Both the position numbers and the translations under genes were made by a program. From a bacterium (GTDB lineage Bacteria; Zhuqueibacterota; Zhuqueibacteria; Oceanimicrobiales; Oceanimicrobiaceae), in contig JBHHXT010000033.1 in assembly GCA_046757165.1 (NCBI GenBank), positions 1 through 35,078 of the forward strand: DNA of 35,078 nt, in the 5' to 3' direction. Each line of letters starts with the position of its first letter. Position 1 is the first letter of the stretch. The notes under the pieces are model-generated. The model did not search any database. It had not been told where the DNA came from and worked only from the letters and a program-made list of their open reading frames with translations. Shown one piece after another: positions 17,212 through 26,773 of the stretch.

Positions 17212-19665
17212 TCAGGTGAACCGTGGATACTTCGCGGGATCGCTTTCGTGCATCAGCTCGTACACGGCCTCGAAGATCTGCTCGACGTTTGGCTTTGAGA
17301 AGTAGTCGCCGTCGGAGCCAAAGGCCGGCCGGTGAGGTTTGGCCGCGATCGTGCAGGGTTTGGAGTCCAGCCAGGTGTAGCCGTCCTGCTTTTCGAGCAC
17401 CTCTTGCAGCATGTAGGCCGTACCACCGCCGGGGACATCTTCATCAACAAATACAATGCGGCTGGTCTTCTTGAGCGACTCCAGAATCATGCCGTGGATA
17501 TCGAAGGGCAATAGTGACTGAACGTCGATCACTTCTGCTTCCACACCGACTTTGGCGAGATGTCGCGCCGCATCCATGGCCACCCGGCAGCAGGCGCCAT
17601 AGGTGACAATAGTGACGTCCGTGCCCGGTTTCAATATCTCGGGCACGCCGAGCGGAACGGTGAATTCGTCCACGTTGTCAGGCAACGTTTCCTTGATACG
17701 ATAGCCGTTCAGGACCTCGACGATGATCGCCGGGTCGTCTGATTTCAACATGGTGTTGTAAAAACCTGCTGCTTGTGTCATATCACGGGGGACGAGGACG
17801 TGGAGGCCGCGCAGCAGGTGGAGCATGGCTGCCATGGGCGAACCAGAGTGCCAGATGCCTTCGAGGCGGTGGCCGCGCGTCCGCACGATCACGGGCGCTT
17901 TTTGTCCGCCTTTGGTGCGCCAGAGCAGAGTCGAAAGATCGTCCGACATGATTTGCAAAGCGTACAGGACGTAGTCTAAATACTGAATTTCCGCGATGGG
18001 TCGCAAGCCGCGCATGGCCATACCGATCGCCTGCCCGATGATGGTACACTCGCGGATGCCGGTGTCGGAGACCCGCAGCTCGCCGTATTTTTGCTGCATG
18101 CCCCGCAAACCCTGGTTGACGCCGCCCAGGAAGCCGACATCCTCGCCGAACGCAATGACGCGCGGGTCGCGGGCAAGCGCCGCGTCGAAACATGCGTTCA
18201 AAAGCTCGAAGCCGTTGACGCTCCTGGAGCTCTCTGAGTAGAGAGGCTTCACCTCGCTGACCTTCAAGGCCGATTCCTTTGAACTGCTGTAAAGATGGGA
18301 GCCAAAACGCTCCCTGTTGAGCTTCTCGTATTCCTTCTTCCAGGAAATCATTTTTTGTTTGGCAGGCAACGCCTCGGTTTTGACCACGATGAGCGCGTCC
18401 CGCACTGCCGGCAGGATATTGCGGCGGATCGGCGTGGGCATGCTGGCCAGCCGGTTCTTGACCTGGTGCAGCTCCTGGGCGTGTGCGGACTCCCGCGCCA
18501 GCTCATCGATCATCGCCAGCACCTGGTCTCTTTCGGCGCGAATCGGCGCCTGGAACGCCTCCCAGGCCTCGTCCCGAAACTCAGCCACCTGCTCGAGATC
18601 TTCCCGTTCATAAGCTGCCAGCTTTTCTGCTGAGACAATGCCTTGTGCGACCATCCATTCCCGCATCTTGCGGAGACAGTCAAACTCCTCTTCCCATTGC
18701 AGCCGTTCTTTCGATTTGTAGCGCTCATGGCTACCGGAGGTCGAGTGCCCTTGCGGCTGCGTCATTTCCAGCACGTGGATAATGGACGGGACATGTTTCT
18801 TGCGCGCCAGGTCCGCGGCCCGCAAATAGGTTTTTACCAGCTCCGGGTAGTCCCACCCTTTGACCCGAAAGAGTTCGAAACCGTCGCCAGTGCGGGGGTC
18901 GCGCGCAAATCCGGCCAGGAGCTCCGAGATCATCTGTTTGGTGAGCTGATGTTCATTCGAGACCGAGATGCCGTACTCATCGTCCCATATCGACATGACA
19001 GCAGGGGCTCTCAGGACCCCAATCGCATTGATCGATTCCCAAAACATGCCCTCCGCGCAGGTGGCGTTACCGATCGTACCGAAGGCGATCTCATTGCCGT
19101 TTTTGGAGAACTGCGCAAACGGCTTCAGCTCCGGCAGCTCGCGGTAAAGCCTGGAGGCATACGCCAGGCCAACCAGACGAGGCATCTGTGACCCCGTCGG
19201 CGAGACGTCGGCCGATGAATTCATCATTCGAGTCAGGTCTTTCCAACTCCCGTCCGGGTTGAGGCTGCGGGTCGCGAAATGCGCATTCATCGCGCGGCCG
19301 GCCGTCGCCGGGTCATGTTTTTCGTCCGGGTGCGCGTACAATTGCGCAAAAAACTCATGGATGTTGGACATGCCGGTCGCGAACATGAATGTTTGGTCCC
19401 GGTAGTAGCCCGAGCGAAAATCGCCCCTTTTGAACGCTTTGGCCATGGCGAGCTGTGCGACTTCCTTGCCATCACCAAAGATGCCAAACTTGGCTTTGCC
19501 GCCCATCACCTCCTTCCGGCCCAGTAAGCTCGCCTGCCGGCTGCGATAGGCGAGACGGTAGTCCTCGATGACTTGTTTGAGACTGAGCGTGATGTATTTC
19601 AGATCGATTTTGTCGTTCGTCCCCTTTCTGGTTTTGACGGGTTTCTTGTTTTTGGCGACAATCAT
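17212..19665 (-). CDS. 2-oxoacid dehydrogenase E1, fused alpha/beta (branched-chain/pyruvate type)
   Basis: 'GDGKEVAQ', 'SGYYRDQT', TPP-binding region 'GNATCAEG...DDEYGIS', 'FGEDVG..GGV', 'DTGIRE', 'AEIQYLDY'. Confidence 0.93.
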   Translation of the reverse strand: MIVAKNKKPVKTRKGTNDKIDLKYITLSLKQVIEDYRLAYRSRQASLLGRKEVMGGKAKFGIFGDGKEVAQLAMAKAFKRGDFRSGYYRDQTFMFATGMSNIHEFFAQLYAHPDEKHDPATAGRAMNAHFATRSLNPDGSWKDLTRMMNSSADVSPTGSQMPRLVGLAYASRLYRELPELKPFAQFSKNGNEIAFGTIGNATCAEGMFWESINAIGVLRAPAVMSIWDDEYGISVSNEHQLTKQMISELLAGFARDPRTGDGFELFRVKGWDYPELVKTYLRAADLARKKHVPSIIHVLEMTQPQGHSTSGSHERYKSKERLQWEEEFDCLRKMREWMVAQGIVSAEKLAAYEREDLEQVAEFRDEAWEAFQAPIRAERDQVLAMIDELARESAHAQELHQVKNRLASMPTPIRRNILPAVRDALIVVKTEALPAKQKMISWKKEYEKLNRERFGSHLYSSSKESALKVSEVKPLYSESSRSVNGFELLNACFDAALARDPRVIAFGEDVGFLGGVNQGLRGMQQKYGELRVSDTGIRECTIIGQAIGMAMRGLRPIAEIQYLDYVLYALQIMSDDLSTLLWRTKGGQKAPVIVRTRGHRLEGIWHSGSPMAAMLHLLRGLHVLVPRDMTQAAGFYNTMLKSDDPAIIVEVLNGYRIKETLPDNVDEFTVPLGVPEILKPGTDVTIVTYGACCRVAMDAARHLAKVGVEAEVIDVQSLLPFDIHGMILESLKKTSRIVFVDEDVPGGGTAYMLQEVLEKQDGYTWLDSKPCTIAAKPHRPAFGSDGDYFSKPNVEQIFEAVYELMHESDPAKYPRFT

Positions 19666-19924
19666 TCAGAGTTCTCCATCTTGACGGAATTCCAGGACTT
19701 GGCATAATAAACGAAATTCGAGGACAAAGATCAAGCGGTCCGACGCCGGAGGACGCGTTGTGTCGAGAAAGAAAGTTCTTTCGGTAGGAGCCGGTTAGGG
19801 TCGCGCTGTTGCTGTGCCGTAGAAAAAGCTCAGGAGCCGACATTGCAAACCGCAACGAACCAGACTACACACAATTCAACCGGCGAGTGCGATAGTCTGG
19901 TCCGAAAGATTTGCCGCCGTCAAT

Positions 19925-20203
19925 TCACATATTCTGAATCAGAGCCGAAATGATGTTGAGAACGATCCCGACGCCAACCCCCCATAGAGCTAAATGACAC
20001 GCCTGCTGGGCTTTGCCCGGCTTATCTTCCTTCCAGACAAAGTACATGATCGCGCCTACGATGGGAATGCAAAAGAAAACAATCCCGAGCGGCCCGACCG
20101 ACTCTTCGGCTTCAGGGACCGCGCCGGCTTTTAGCCCTTGTCCACAGCTTGAACAGAACTCTACATCATCTTGGTTTTGCGCGCCACACTTAGGACAGAA
20201 CAT
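19925..20203 (-). CDS. Zinc-ribbon domain membrane protein (paralog 2)
   Basis: 'FCPKCG...FCSSCG' followed by two TM helices with 'YFVWKEDKPGKA'. RBS AAAGGAGG; TAATG overlap with the upstream stop. Confidence 0.88.
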   Translation of the reverse strand: MFCPKCGAQNQDDVEFCSSCGQGLKAGAVPEAEESVGPLGIVFFCIPIVGAIMYFVWKEDKPGKAQQACHLALWGVGVGIVLNIISALIQNM

Positions 20204-20562
20204 TAGAACCCTCCTTTGATTAGTTTGACAATTGCCAATCCGATTGAATGACCGATCCAGGATACAATTCCCATCTGCCCGATGCCGCTCATGAGGCCTG
20301 TCACCAGGCGCAGCCAGTTGTTGCTTTGTCTCATCTCAGCAGCTTGCGTCACCCCGTCGACGTAGGCCGGCAGGTTGAGCAAGAGACCGATCCACAAGCT
20401 GGCTGCAAAGAAGTTGAGTAAGAAAAAGGGAAACGAAAGATAGCCGAGGAGCATGCCGGTGCATCTTGCGCACACCGGGAATTGTCTTCCTTTGAGGGAG
20501 AAAGAACGCTCCGGCATGCGGTGACAAGCAACGAACTCGATTTTGGGCAACTTTGCTTTCAT
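20203..20562 (-). CDS. DUF2085 domain membrane protein
   Basis: 'CHRMPERSF...QFPVCARCTG' and 'SNNWLRLVTGL'; TGATG overlap with the upstream stop. Confidence 0.88.
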   Translation of the reverse strand: MKAKLPKIEFVACHRMPERSFSLKGRQFPVCARCTGMLLGYLSFPFFLLNFFAASLWIGLLLNLPAYVDGVTQAAEMRQSNNWLRLVTGLMSGIGQMGIVSWIGHSIGLAIVKLIKGGF

Positions 20563-20867
20563 CACATCTCAGAAATGGCGACCGCGATAACGCCGATCAA
20601 GATCAAAGCAGCCCAGAGTCCCAGCGCCCACCAGGTGAGCGTGCAGGCATCTTTTGATTTCTCAGGTTTGGTGTCCTTCCAGACAAAGTAAAGCACGACT
20701 CCAAGCAAGGGGGAAATACAGACATTGCCCAGGAAAATCCAGGTTTTGTCACTGGAATCCAGCCCTGCCGTGTCAAGGGTTCTTCCTTGCCCTATGGGTT
20801 GACCGCAACCATTACAAAAGTTGTTCGACTCTTCGTTTTGCGCACCACATTTTGTACAATAGACCAT
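20562..20867 (-). CDS. Zinc-ribbon domain membrane protein (paralog 1)
   Basis: 'YCTKCG...FCNGCG' followed by TM helices with 'YFVWKDTKPEKS'; ATG 20867 after GAGGTG. Confidence 0.88.
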   Translation of the reverse strand: MVYCTKCGAQNEESNNFCNGCGQPIGQGRTLDTAGLDSSDKTWIFLGNVCISPLLGVVLYFVWKDTKPEKSKDACTLTWWALGLWAALILIGVIAVAISEM

Positions 20868-21065
20868 GTGCACCTCGCTCAATCAAGAAATTCAGGGTTG
20901 CTCTGTTGGTTACTACGCCTCCCGAATGGATGAATATTGGATGAAGCCAGAGATAGGTACAGCGAAATGTTTTTCCTCGCTCCAAATGGAGACAACAGGA
21001 AAGTAGGTTTTTATGACAGAAAAGTCAATAGTATAGTGAGTCATGACAAAAGTCTTACTTGAACT

Positions 21066-21143
21066 TCAAGCCTGATCCAACACGGTTTGCAACCGTGTCT
21101 TAGGTACAAATCCGAGAGGGCTACACAGTTGCAAACTGTGTAG
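21066..21143 (-). repeat. TTGCAA double-palindrome element, copy C (most intact, inverted)
   Basis: Two hairpins, ACACGGTTTGCAACCGTGT and CTACACAGTTGCAAACTGTGTAG; the second has CTAC/GTAG ends. Confidence 0.9.
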
Positions 21144-21230
21144 GATCACTATTTCTCCATTCTTGAATAATCATAAGAGGATCTGGCTTGACCATCATAC
21201 GCAGCAGGACAAGAAAACAGAGTTTCCGTC

Positions 21231-22517
21231 CTATTCCTGTTCCCGCTTATAAACGCGCCCATCCTTCATCACAAACACCACCCTTTGCATCACAGCAATC
21301 TCTCGCAAGGGATCGCCGTCGACCGCGATGATATCTGCGAGCTTGCCGGCTTCGAGCGTGCCGAGTTCGTCTTCAATTCCCAGAAGCTCCGCCGCCACGC
21401 GGGTGGCAGATTGAATCGCGGCCATCGCCGGCATTCCCCCTTCCACCATATATTGGAACTCGCGGGCGTTTTCACCGTGGGGGGAGACGCCGGAGTCGGT
21501 GCCAAAGGCGATTTTCACCCCTGCCCGGTATGCTTTGGCAAATGTTTCGCGGATTTTGGGGCCGATGGCGGCCGCTTTTGGGCGCACTTGTTCCGGGAAG
21601 TAGTCCTCGAGCTTCGCCTTTTCCACCACCCAGCGGCCGGCGGAAATGGTCGGCACATAATAGGCGCCGTGCCTTTTGAACAGCTCGATGGCCTCGTCGT
21701 CCATGAGCGTGCCATGCTCGATGGAGCGCACGCCGGCACGGATGGCGCGTTTCATGCCCTCGGCGCCGTGCGCGTGGGCGGCAACGTGCATGCCGTAGTC
21801 GCGCGCGCTGGCAACGATGGCTCGAATCTCCTCTTCGGTAAACTGCGGGTTCTGGCCGCTCCTGGCCTGGCTCAGGACGCCGCCGGTGGCGGTGATCTTG
21901 ATCAGGTCGGCGCCGTTTTTGTAGCGCTGCCGGACCGCTTTCCTGGCATCGTCGACGCCGTTGATGACGCCCTCGGTTGGCCCCGGGTCGCCCATCAAAT
22001 CGTGGCGCAGGCTGTTGGTCGGGTCGGCGTGGCCACCGGTGGTGGCGAGGGATTTGCCGGCGCTGAAAATACGCGGGCCGACCACCCAGCCTTTGTTGAT
22101 GGCATTACGCAGCGGCGTGCTGACACTGCCACCCAGTTCGCGTACGGTCGTGAAGCCAGCCATCAGCGTCCGTTCAGCAAACCGGACGGAGCGGTAGGCA
22201 TAGTCTGCTTCGTTCATGTAGAAATTCTCCGAGTAGCTCTGTTTGCTGTGCTGGCCGGAGAGGTGGGTGTGCATGTCCATCAGCCCGGGGAGAACGGTTG
22301 TGTTCTCGAGATCGATGATGGTGTCGGCGTTCGTCCCGTCAACATATCCTTCTCTAATCTCGCGAATTTTCTGGCCGGAAATGATGATGCTCATTTCTGT
22401 GACGGCCGAGCCGGCCTTGCCATCGATGAGTTTGCCGCAGTGCAGGATGGTGTCTTGTGCTGTAGCTGTTTGAAAAAGGATCAGAATTGCGAAACCGATG
22501 ACAGGAGTTGTTCGCAT
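21231..22517 (-). CDS. Secreted metal-dependent amidohydrolase (Xaa-Pro dipeptidase-like)
   Basis: 'PGLMDMHTH', 'GFTTVRELG', 'IKITATGGV', 'AHAHG', 'SIEHG', 'FGTDSG'. ATG 22517 after AAGGAGG; signal peptide. Confidence 0.93.
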   Translation of the reverse strand: MRTTPVIGFAILILFQTATAQDTILHCGKLIDGKAGSAVTEMSIIISGQKIREIREGYVDGTNADTIIDLENTTVLPGLMDMHTHLSGQHSKQSYSENFYMNEADYAYRSVRFAERTLMAGFTTVRELGGSVSTPLRNAINKGWVVGPRIFSAGKSLATTGGHADPTNSLRHDLMGDPGPTEGVINGVDDARKAVRQRYKNGADLIKITATGGVLSQARSGQNPQFTEEEIRAIVASARDYGMHVAAHAHGAEGMKRAIRAGVRSIEHGTLMDDEAIELFKRHGAYYVPTISAGRWVVEKAKLEDYFPEQVRPKAAAIGPKIRETFAKAYRAGVKIAFGTDSGVSPHGENAREFQYMVEGGMPAMAAIQSATRVAAELLGIEDELGTLEAGKLADIIAVDGDPLREIAVMQRVVFVMKDGRVYKREQE

Positions 22518-22556
22518 GGCTCCCTCCTTTGCATAAGTCATGCATAGATTTTTTTC

Positions 22557-22656
22557 ACCACGAAGGGCGCGAAGTTCACGAAGGCGTAAAGCATTAATTT
22601 TATTCATCCAGGGGATATAATTCAGTCTTCTGCGTGTCCTTCGTGCGCTTCGTGGT
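22557..22656. repeat. CACGAAG 9-nt-period inverted-repeat element
   Basis: ACCACGAAGGGCGCGAAGTTCACGAAG (22557-22583) pairs with CGTGTCCTTCGTGCGCTTCGTGGT (ends 22656) around an AT-rich loop. Confidence 0.85.
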
Positions 22657-22703
22657 TTATGAATCACCGTTTATCTGTTGAATCAGCGTCCAAAATCCTT
22701 TGT

Positions 22704-24239
22704 TCAAGCCACCGCCTCGACCTCGTCATGGAGCATGCGTCGCACCATCTCGGTGGTCGTGCGAAAATCGACTTTGCCGCTGCCCATTTTCGGCAGCTCC
22801 TCGAGCACCACAAACTGCTTCGGCAGGGCGATATTGGGGAGCTCGTGCGACATCGAGTGCAGGATCTTCCTTCTGTCAACCTCTCCCGTCACTGCGGCGA
22901 CGACTTTCGCGCCTTTGACGGCATCCGGGATCTCGACCACGCAACACTCGTATTCTTGCGGCAGCAACCCGGTCAGCGTCTCCTCGACCGCGACCAGCGA
23001 GACCATTTCGCCGCCGATTTTCACGAACCGCTTCAGCCGGCCCGCATGCCAGAGAAAGCCGTCCTCGTCCAGGTAGCCCATGTCGCCGGTGTCATACCAG
23101 CCGGAGCGGATCCGCAGCGAGGTTTCCTCCAGGTCGTCGAAATACCCTTTCATGACAGAATTGCTTTTCACCAGGATTTTCCCTGTTTGACCTGGCGGGC
23201 AGTCGATTCCGGTTTCGTAGTTCTGGATACGCACGTGCACGCCGGCGATGGGTTTGCCGACGCTGCCGGGCTTGTTGCTTTGCGGTGTGTTTGTCGCAAT
23301 GACCGGGGCGGTTTCGGTGGCTCCGTATCCCTCCAACAAAACCACGTCATGTTTCTGCATGAATGCTTGCCGCAGCTTTTCCGGACACTTGTCCGCGCCG
23401 CAAACCGCCAGGTTGACGCTGGCATAGTCGCCGGGTTCGGACTTCAGCAGATAGCCCCAGAAGAAAGAGGGCGTGCCTACCATCATCGTCGCCTTTTCCT
23501 CACGCACGATTCTGGAAATGGCTTTGAATTCGAGCGGATTGGCATAGGTCACCAGGGTCATCCCGTGATACAAGGGCGTCCAGAGATTGGTGGTGAGACC
23601 AAAGACGTGAAAATAGGGCAGAATCGCCAGCATGCGTTCCTGCGGTCCCAGGGCAAGCGCTCCCGAGAACCCTTCGATGTTGGCGATGATGTTGCGGTGT
23701 GTGAGCTGAACAGCCTTCGGCTCCTTTTCGCTGCCGCTGGTAAAGAGGATGACCGAGGTGGCGTGCTCATCTTGTCCACCGGTCATCTCGAGCAGCAGCG
23801 CAAGCGGCAGCTTCGACTTCAGCGCCGCCCGCAGCTTGTCTGCGCCGCTGACGTTGCTCATGATATCCTCGATAAAAACCATGCCTTCGATCTCGGCACA
23901 CTGCACTTTTTCCAGCAGCGCTCTGGAGGTGATGATCGTGTCGAAATTGCATTTTCGCTGCGCAAATTCGGCGTTTTTCTGCGCCCCGGTGGAATAGTTG
24001 AGCAGGACAGGCGTGCGCCCGCTCATGAGCGCGGCCAGCACCGACAATCCGGCGCCAGCGGAGGTCGGCAGCATGATACCGATGAATCCTTTGGGGACTT
24101 TCTTGAATTTGTTTGCCAGGATGAGAGCTGCAATCAAGGCTCGCGAATAGGTCAGCCGGCGGGATGTGGTGCGATCGATAAAGGCGAGCTTGTCACCGAA
24201 GGTCCTGGCGATGCGGATGAAACGGTGGTGGAGTAACAT
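22704..24239 (-). CDS. AMP-binding enzyme, similar to the acyl-ACP synthetase domain of Aas
   Basis: 'ILFTSGSEKEPKAV', 'LEGYGATETAP', 'WYDTGD', 'GRLKRFVKIGGEMVSL', 'GSGKVD'. ATG 24239 after GAGGAGG. Confidence 0.92.
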   Translation of the reverse strand: MLLHHRFIRIARTFGDKLAFIDRTTSRRLTYSRALIAALILANKFKKVPKGFIGIMLPTSAGAGLSVLAALMSGRTPVLLNYSTGAQKNAEFAQRKCNFDTIITSRALLEKVQCAEIEGMVFIEDIMSNVSGADKLRAALKSKLPLALLLEMTGGQDEHATSVILFTSGSEKEPKAVQLTHRNIIANIEGFSGALALGPQERMLAILPYFHVFGLTTNLWTPLYHGMTLVTYANPLEFKAISRIVREEKATMMVGTPSFFWGYLLKSEPGDYASVNLAVCGADKCPEKLRQAFMQKHDVVLLEGYGATETAPVIATNTPQSNKPGSVGKPIAGVHVRIQNYETGIDCPPGQTGKILVKSNSVMKGYFDDLEETSLRIRSGWYDTGDMGYLDEDGFLWHAGRLKRFVKIGGEMVSLVAVEETLTGLLPQEYECCVVEIPDAVKGAKVVAAVTGEVDRRKILHSMSHELPNIALPKQFVVLEELPKMGSGKVDFRTTTEMVRRMLHDEVEAVA

Positions 24240-24391
24240 GGCATTTCTTCCCTCCTCGATTGACTGTACAGGACCGGTCCAAATCTGGAAGTTCATGGCG
24301 AGGAATGCCGACCGTTCACGTGCGCCCCGAGTGAAAAAAAGTCAGGCTCGCTGGCAATGAGTTATTGGACTGATCCGGGTTTGTTTTTCAA

Positions 24392-24781
24392 TCATTCATA
24401 GAAACTCAACCCTGGCACCTTGCGAAAGTGCTTATCCAAAGTAAGAACCAGGAGTCCTTGTTCCAAAGCAGTCGCAGCGATCCAAATATCGTTTGTGGGT
24501 ATGGGGGTTCCAGCCCGTCTAAGTTTGATAAAGATTTCGCTGTAAAACTCGGCTGTCGCATAGGATATTGAATAAAGTTTTACTCTTGGGGAGTCTAGAA
24601 ATGTTTCGAATCTTGCCATCTGTTCTTGCCGGTTTTTTCCACCCTTCAAGCCCACGAGAAGTTCACCAGCGGAAACGGTACTCATACCAATCAAGTCGAT
24701 TTTCCTGAGTTGCGCAGCGACATTTTTATTGCCAAGGATCGCTTCGATATAAATGTCTGTGTCAACTAAGACCCGTCTCAT
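24392..24781 (-). CDS. vapC: VapC-family PIN-domain toxin
   Basis: 'VLVDTD', 'GELL.G', 'PIPTNDIWIAATA', 'TLDKHF'; ATGA overlap with the antitoxin stop. Confidence 0.93.
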   Translation of the reverse strand: MRRVLVDTDIYIEAILGNKNVAAQLRKIDLIGMSTVSAGELLVGLKGGKNRQEQMARFETFLDSPRVKLYSISYATAEFYSEIFIKLRRAGTPIPTNDIWIAATALEQGLLVLTLDKHFRKVPGLSFYE

Positions 24782-25038
24782 GTCCACAAATCCGGATCAA
24801 TTTTACGTTGCGCCTCGACCGCTTCTTTCATTTGTTGATATTCCTCTTGCGTGATGCCTCCAAAAAGATGATCCAAATCGTGATATTGTCTGGTAAACCT
24901 TTTTTCCTTCGTTTGCCCGAAGTAACTCTTGAGCAGATTGAGCACAAATTGGTTGACACTTATCGACTCATCCCGGGCGGCTTTCTTGATTCGAGCTGCC
25001 AATTCCCCGTCTACTCCTCGAACGGTCAATACTTTCAT
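24778..25038 (-). CDS. Ribbon-helix-helix (FitA/VapB-like) antitoxin
   Basis: 'LTVRGVDGEL..RIK..A......SVNQ' RHH pattern; small gene coupled directly upstream of the PIN gene. Confidence 0.85.
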   Translation of the reverse strand: MKVLTVRGVDGELAARIKKAARDESISVNQFVLNLLKSYFGQTKEKRFTRQYHDLDHLFGGITQEEYQQMKEAVEAQRKIDPDLWT

Positions 25039-25052
25039 CACGCTCTCCTATC

Positions 25053-25069
25053 ACCAAAACATGAGTGCA
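25053..25069. promoter_or_regulatory. Candidate TA autoregulatory operator
   Basis: Palindrome GA-G-TGCAA-C-TTGCA-G-TC just upstream of the antitoxin RBS. Confidence 0.4.
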
Positions 25070-25123
25070 ACTTGCAGTCAAGATATGCATTCAATCGACA
25101 ATAAGCAACCCCTTTCAACCTGG

Positions 25124-26512
25124 CTAGCTTGCGGCCATGTCCTCGACCTCCTGCACGGTTTTCGGAACCGGTTTGCCGAGAATTCGCTGCCCCGTGCTGG
25201 TGACGACGAGGTTCTCCTCAATTCGAATCCCGCCGAAGGTGCGGTAAGCCTGCACCCGATCATAGTTGATGAATTTCGCGTGCTTCTTGTCGGCCTGCCA
25301 CAGGTCGATGAGCTCGGGGATGAAATAGATGCCCGGCTCCACAGTGAGCACAAATCCCTGCTGCACGCGTCTGCCGAGGCGAAGGTAGGCCAGCCCGAAC
25401 TGGTCGCTGCGCTTCGTCTCGTCATCGTAGCCGACATAATCTTCACCGAGGTTTTCCATGTCGTGCACATCGAGTCCCAGCATATGGCCCAGCCCATGCG
25501 GGAAAAACAGGGCATGTGCGCCGGCGGCGACTGCCTCGTCGACATCGCCCTGCATCAGCCCTAAGGCATGCAGCCCTTCTGCGAGCACCTTGCTGGCATG
25601 CAGGTGGACGTCCCTGAACTTCACATTCGGCCGCACCGTGGGTATGCTGCTGTCCAGCGCCTCGAGCACGATCTGGTAGATTTCCTTCTGCTCGGTCGTG
25701 AATTTTCCGGAGATGGGAATCGTTCGGGTGATATCGCCGGCATACCCCATCGCAGAGCTCGCGCCACAGTCGTTGACCGCGATCTGACCGGCTTGCATCA
25801 CGTTGTCATGGTTGTGGTTGTGCAGGGTGTGGCCGTTGACAGAGAAGATGATGGGGTAGGCCAGCGCGCCAGCGCGCGCATAAGCCATGCCTTCCATGAC
25901 TCCCGCGATTTCGCGCTCAACCACCCCGGGCCGGGCATGTTTCATGGCATAGGTGTGCATCTCGCAGGTGATCTCGAGCGCCGTCTCGATCTGCGCGATT
26001 TCCAGCTCTGACTTGACCGAGCGTTGGCGGACCACTGCCTTGATGAAATCAACTGAGGCAGCGTTGTTCAGGCCAGCGGGGGCCATACTCAGAAGGTCGG
26101 CCAGGAGAATCATGTTGTCACTGCGGTACTGCGGCAGAAAGTGAATCCCTCGTCCCTCTTGAGCCGCGCCCCGGATAACCTCTGCCAGGTCCGGACAAGG
26201 GTGCGCCTCCGCCACACCAACCCGGGCAGATTTCTCCGCAAGCGTGGCCTGGGGACCACTCCACACGATGTCATCCACCGTAAGTTCGGGTCCAAAGAGC
26301 GTCTCTTTGCCGGCATCCACATCGATGATGGCTGCCAGCCCCGGTGTGTTCAGCCCCCAGTAATAGAGAAAGCAGCTATCCTGGGTGAAGCGGTAGCAAT
26401 TATCCGCATAGTTCATCGGGCTGTCCTGGTTGCCAAGAAACACCAGCAAGCCGGATTGAATTTCGTGCACCAGCTTCTTCCTTCTTTCAACATACACAGC
26501 GGCTTCGAACAT
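25124..26512 (-). CDS. pepP: Xaa-Pro aminopeptidase (M24B)
   Basis: AMP_N 'FTQDSCFLYYWG', 'YAGDITRT', 'FFPHGLGHMLGLDVHD', 'TVEPGIYF', 'GGIRIEE'. Confidence 0.93.
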   Translation of the reverse strand: MFEAAVYVERRKKLVHEIQSGLLVFLGNQDSPMNYADNCYRFTQDSCFLYYWGLNTPGLAAIIDVDAGKETLFGPELTVDDIVWSGPQATLAEKSARVGVAEAHPCPDLAEVIRGAAQEGRGIHFLPQYRSDNMILLADLLSMAPAGLNNAASVDFIKAVVRQRSVKSELEIAQIETALEITCEMHTYAMKHARPGVVEREIAGVMEGMAYARAGALAYPIIFSVNGHTLHNHNHDNVMQAGQIAVNDCGASSAMGYAGDITRTIPISGKFTTEQKEIYQIVLEALDSSIPTVRPNVKFRDVHLHASKVLAEGLHALGLMQGDVDEAVAAGAHALFFPHGLGHMLGLDVHDMENLGEDYVGYDDETKRSDQFGLAYLRLGRRVQQGFVLTVEPGIYFIPELIDLWQADKKHAKFINYDRVQAYRTFGGIRIEENLVVTSTGQRILGKPVPKTVQEVEDMAAS

Positions 26513-26773
26513 AGTCGGAACTCCAGATAAGAGCCTGTGAGAAATGTTTTCTAAGGTAATTATGTCAAAGATAGCAACTCCATGTCAAAAGATCAACAAA
26601 AGCGTGAATGGGTGGGCGGGTTTTACCCCCCTCTGGCTTCCGGCCTTTTGGGTTCAGGAGAATCAATTTTTGCTTGCCTGAGGTCGATAACCAGAAGAGG
26701 GGTTGGCTTGCCATGGCTTTTCATTCTTTGCCAACAGTGCATTCGCTGAAACGCTCTCGAGAATAAGAAGAAG

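Noticed and set aside
19670..19920. Possible ncRNA or leader upstream of the E1 gene
   Set aside because: No recognisable riboswitch or ncRNA consensus seen by eye; an Rfam scan would be needed.
21285..24236. 420-aa and 525-aa plus-strand ORFs
   Set aside because: Antisense shadows of the amidohydrolase and AMP-binding enzyme.
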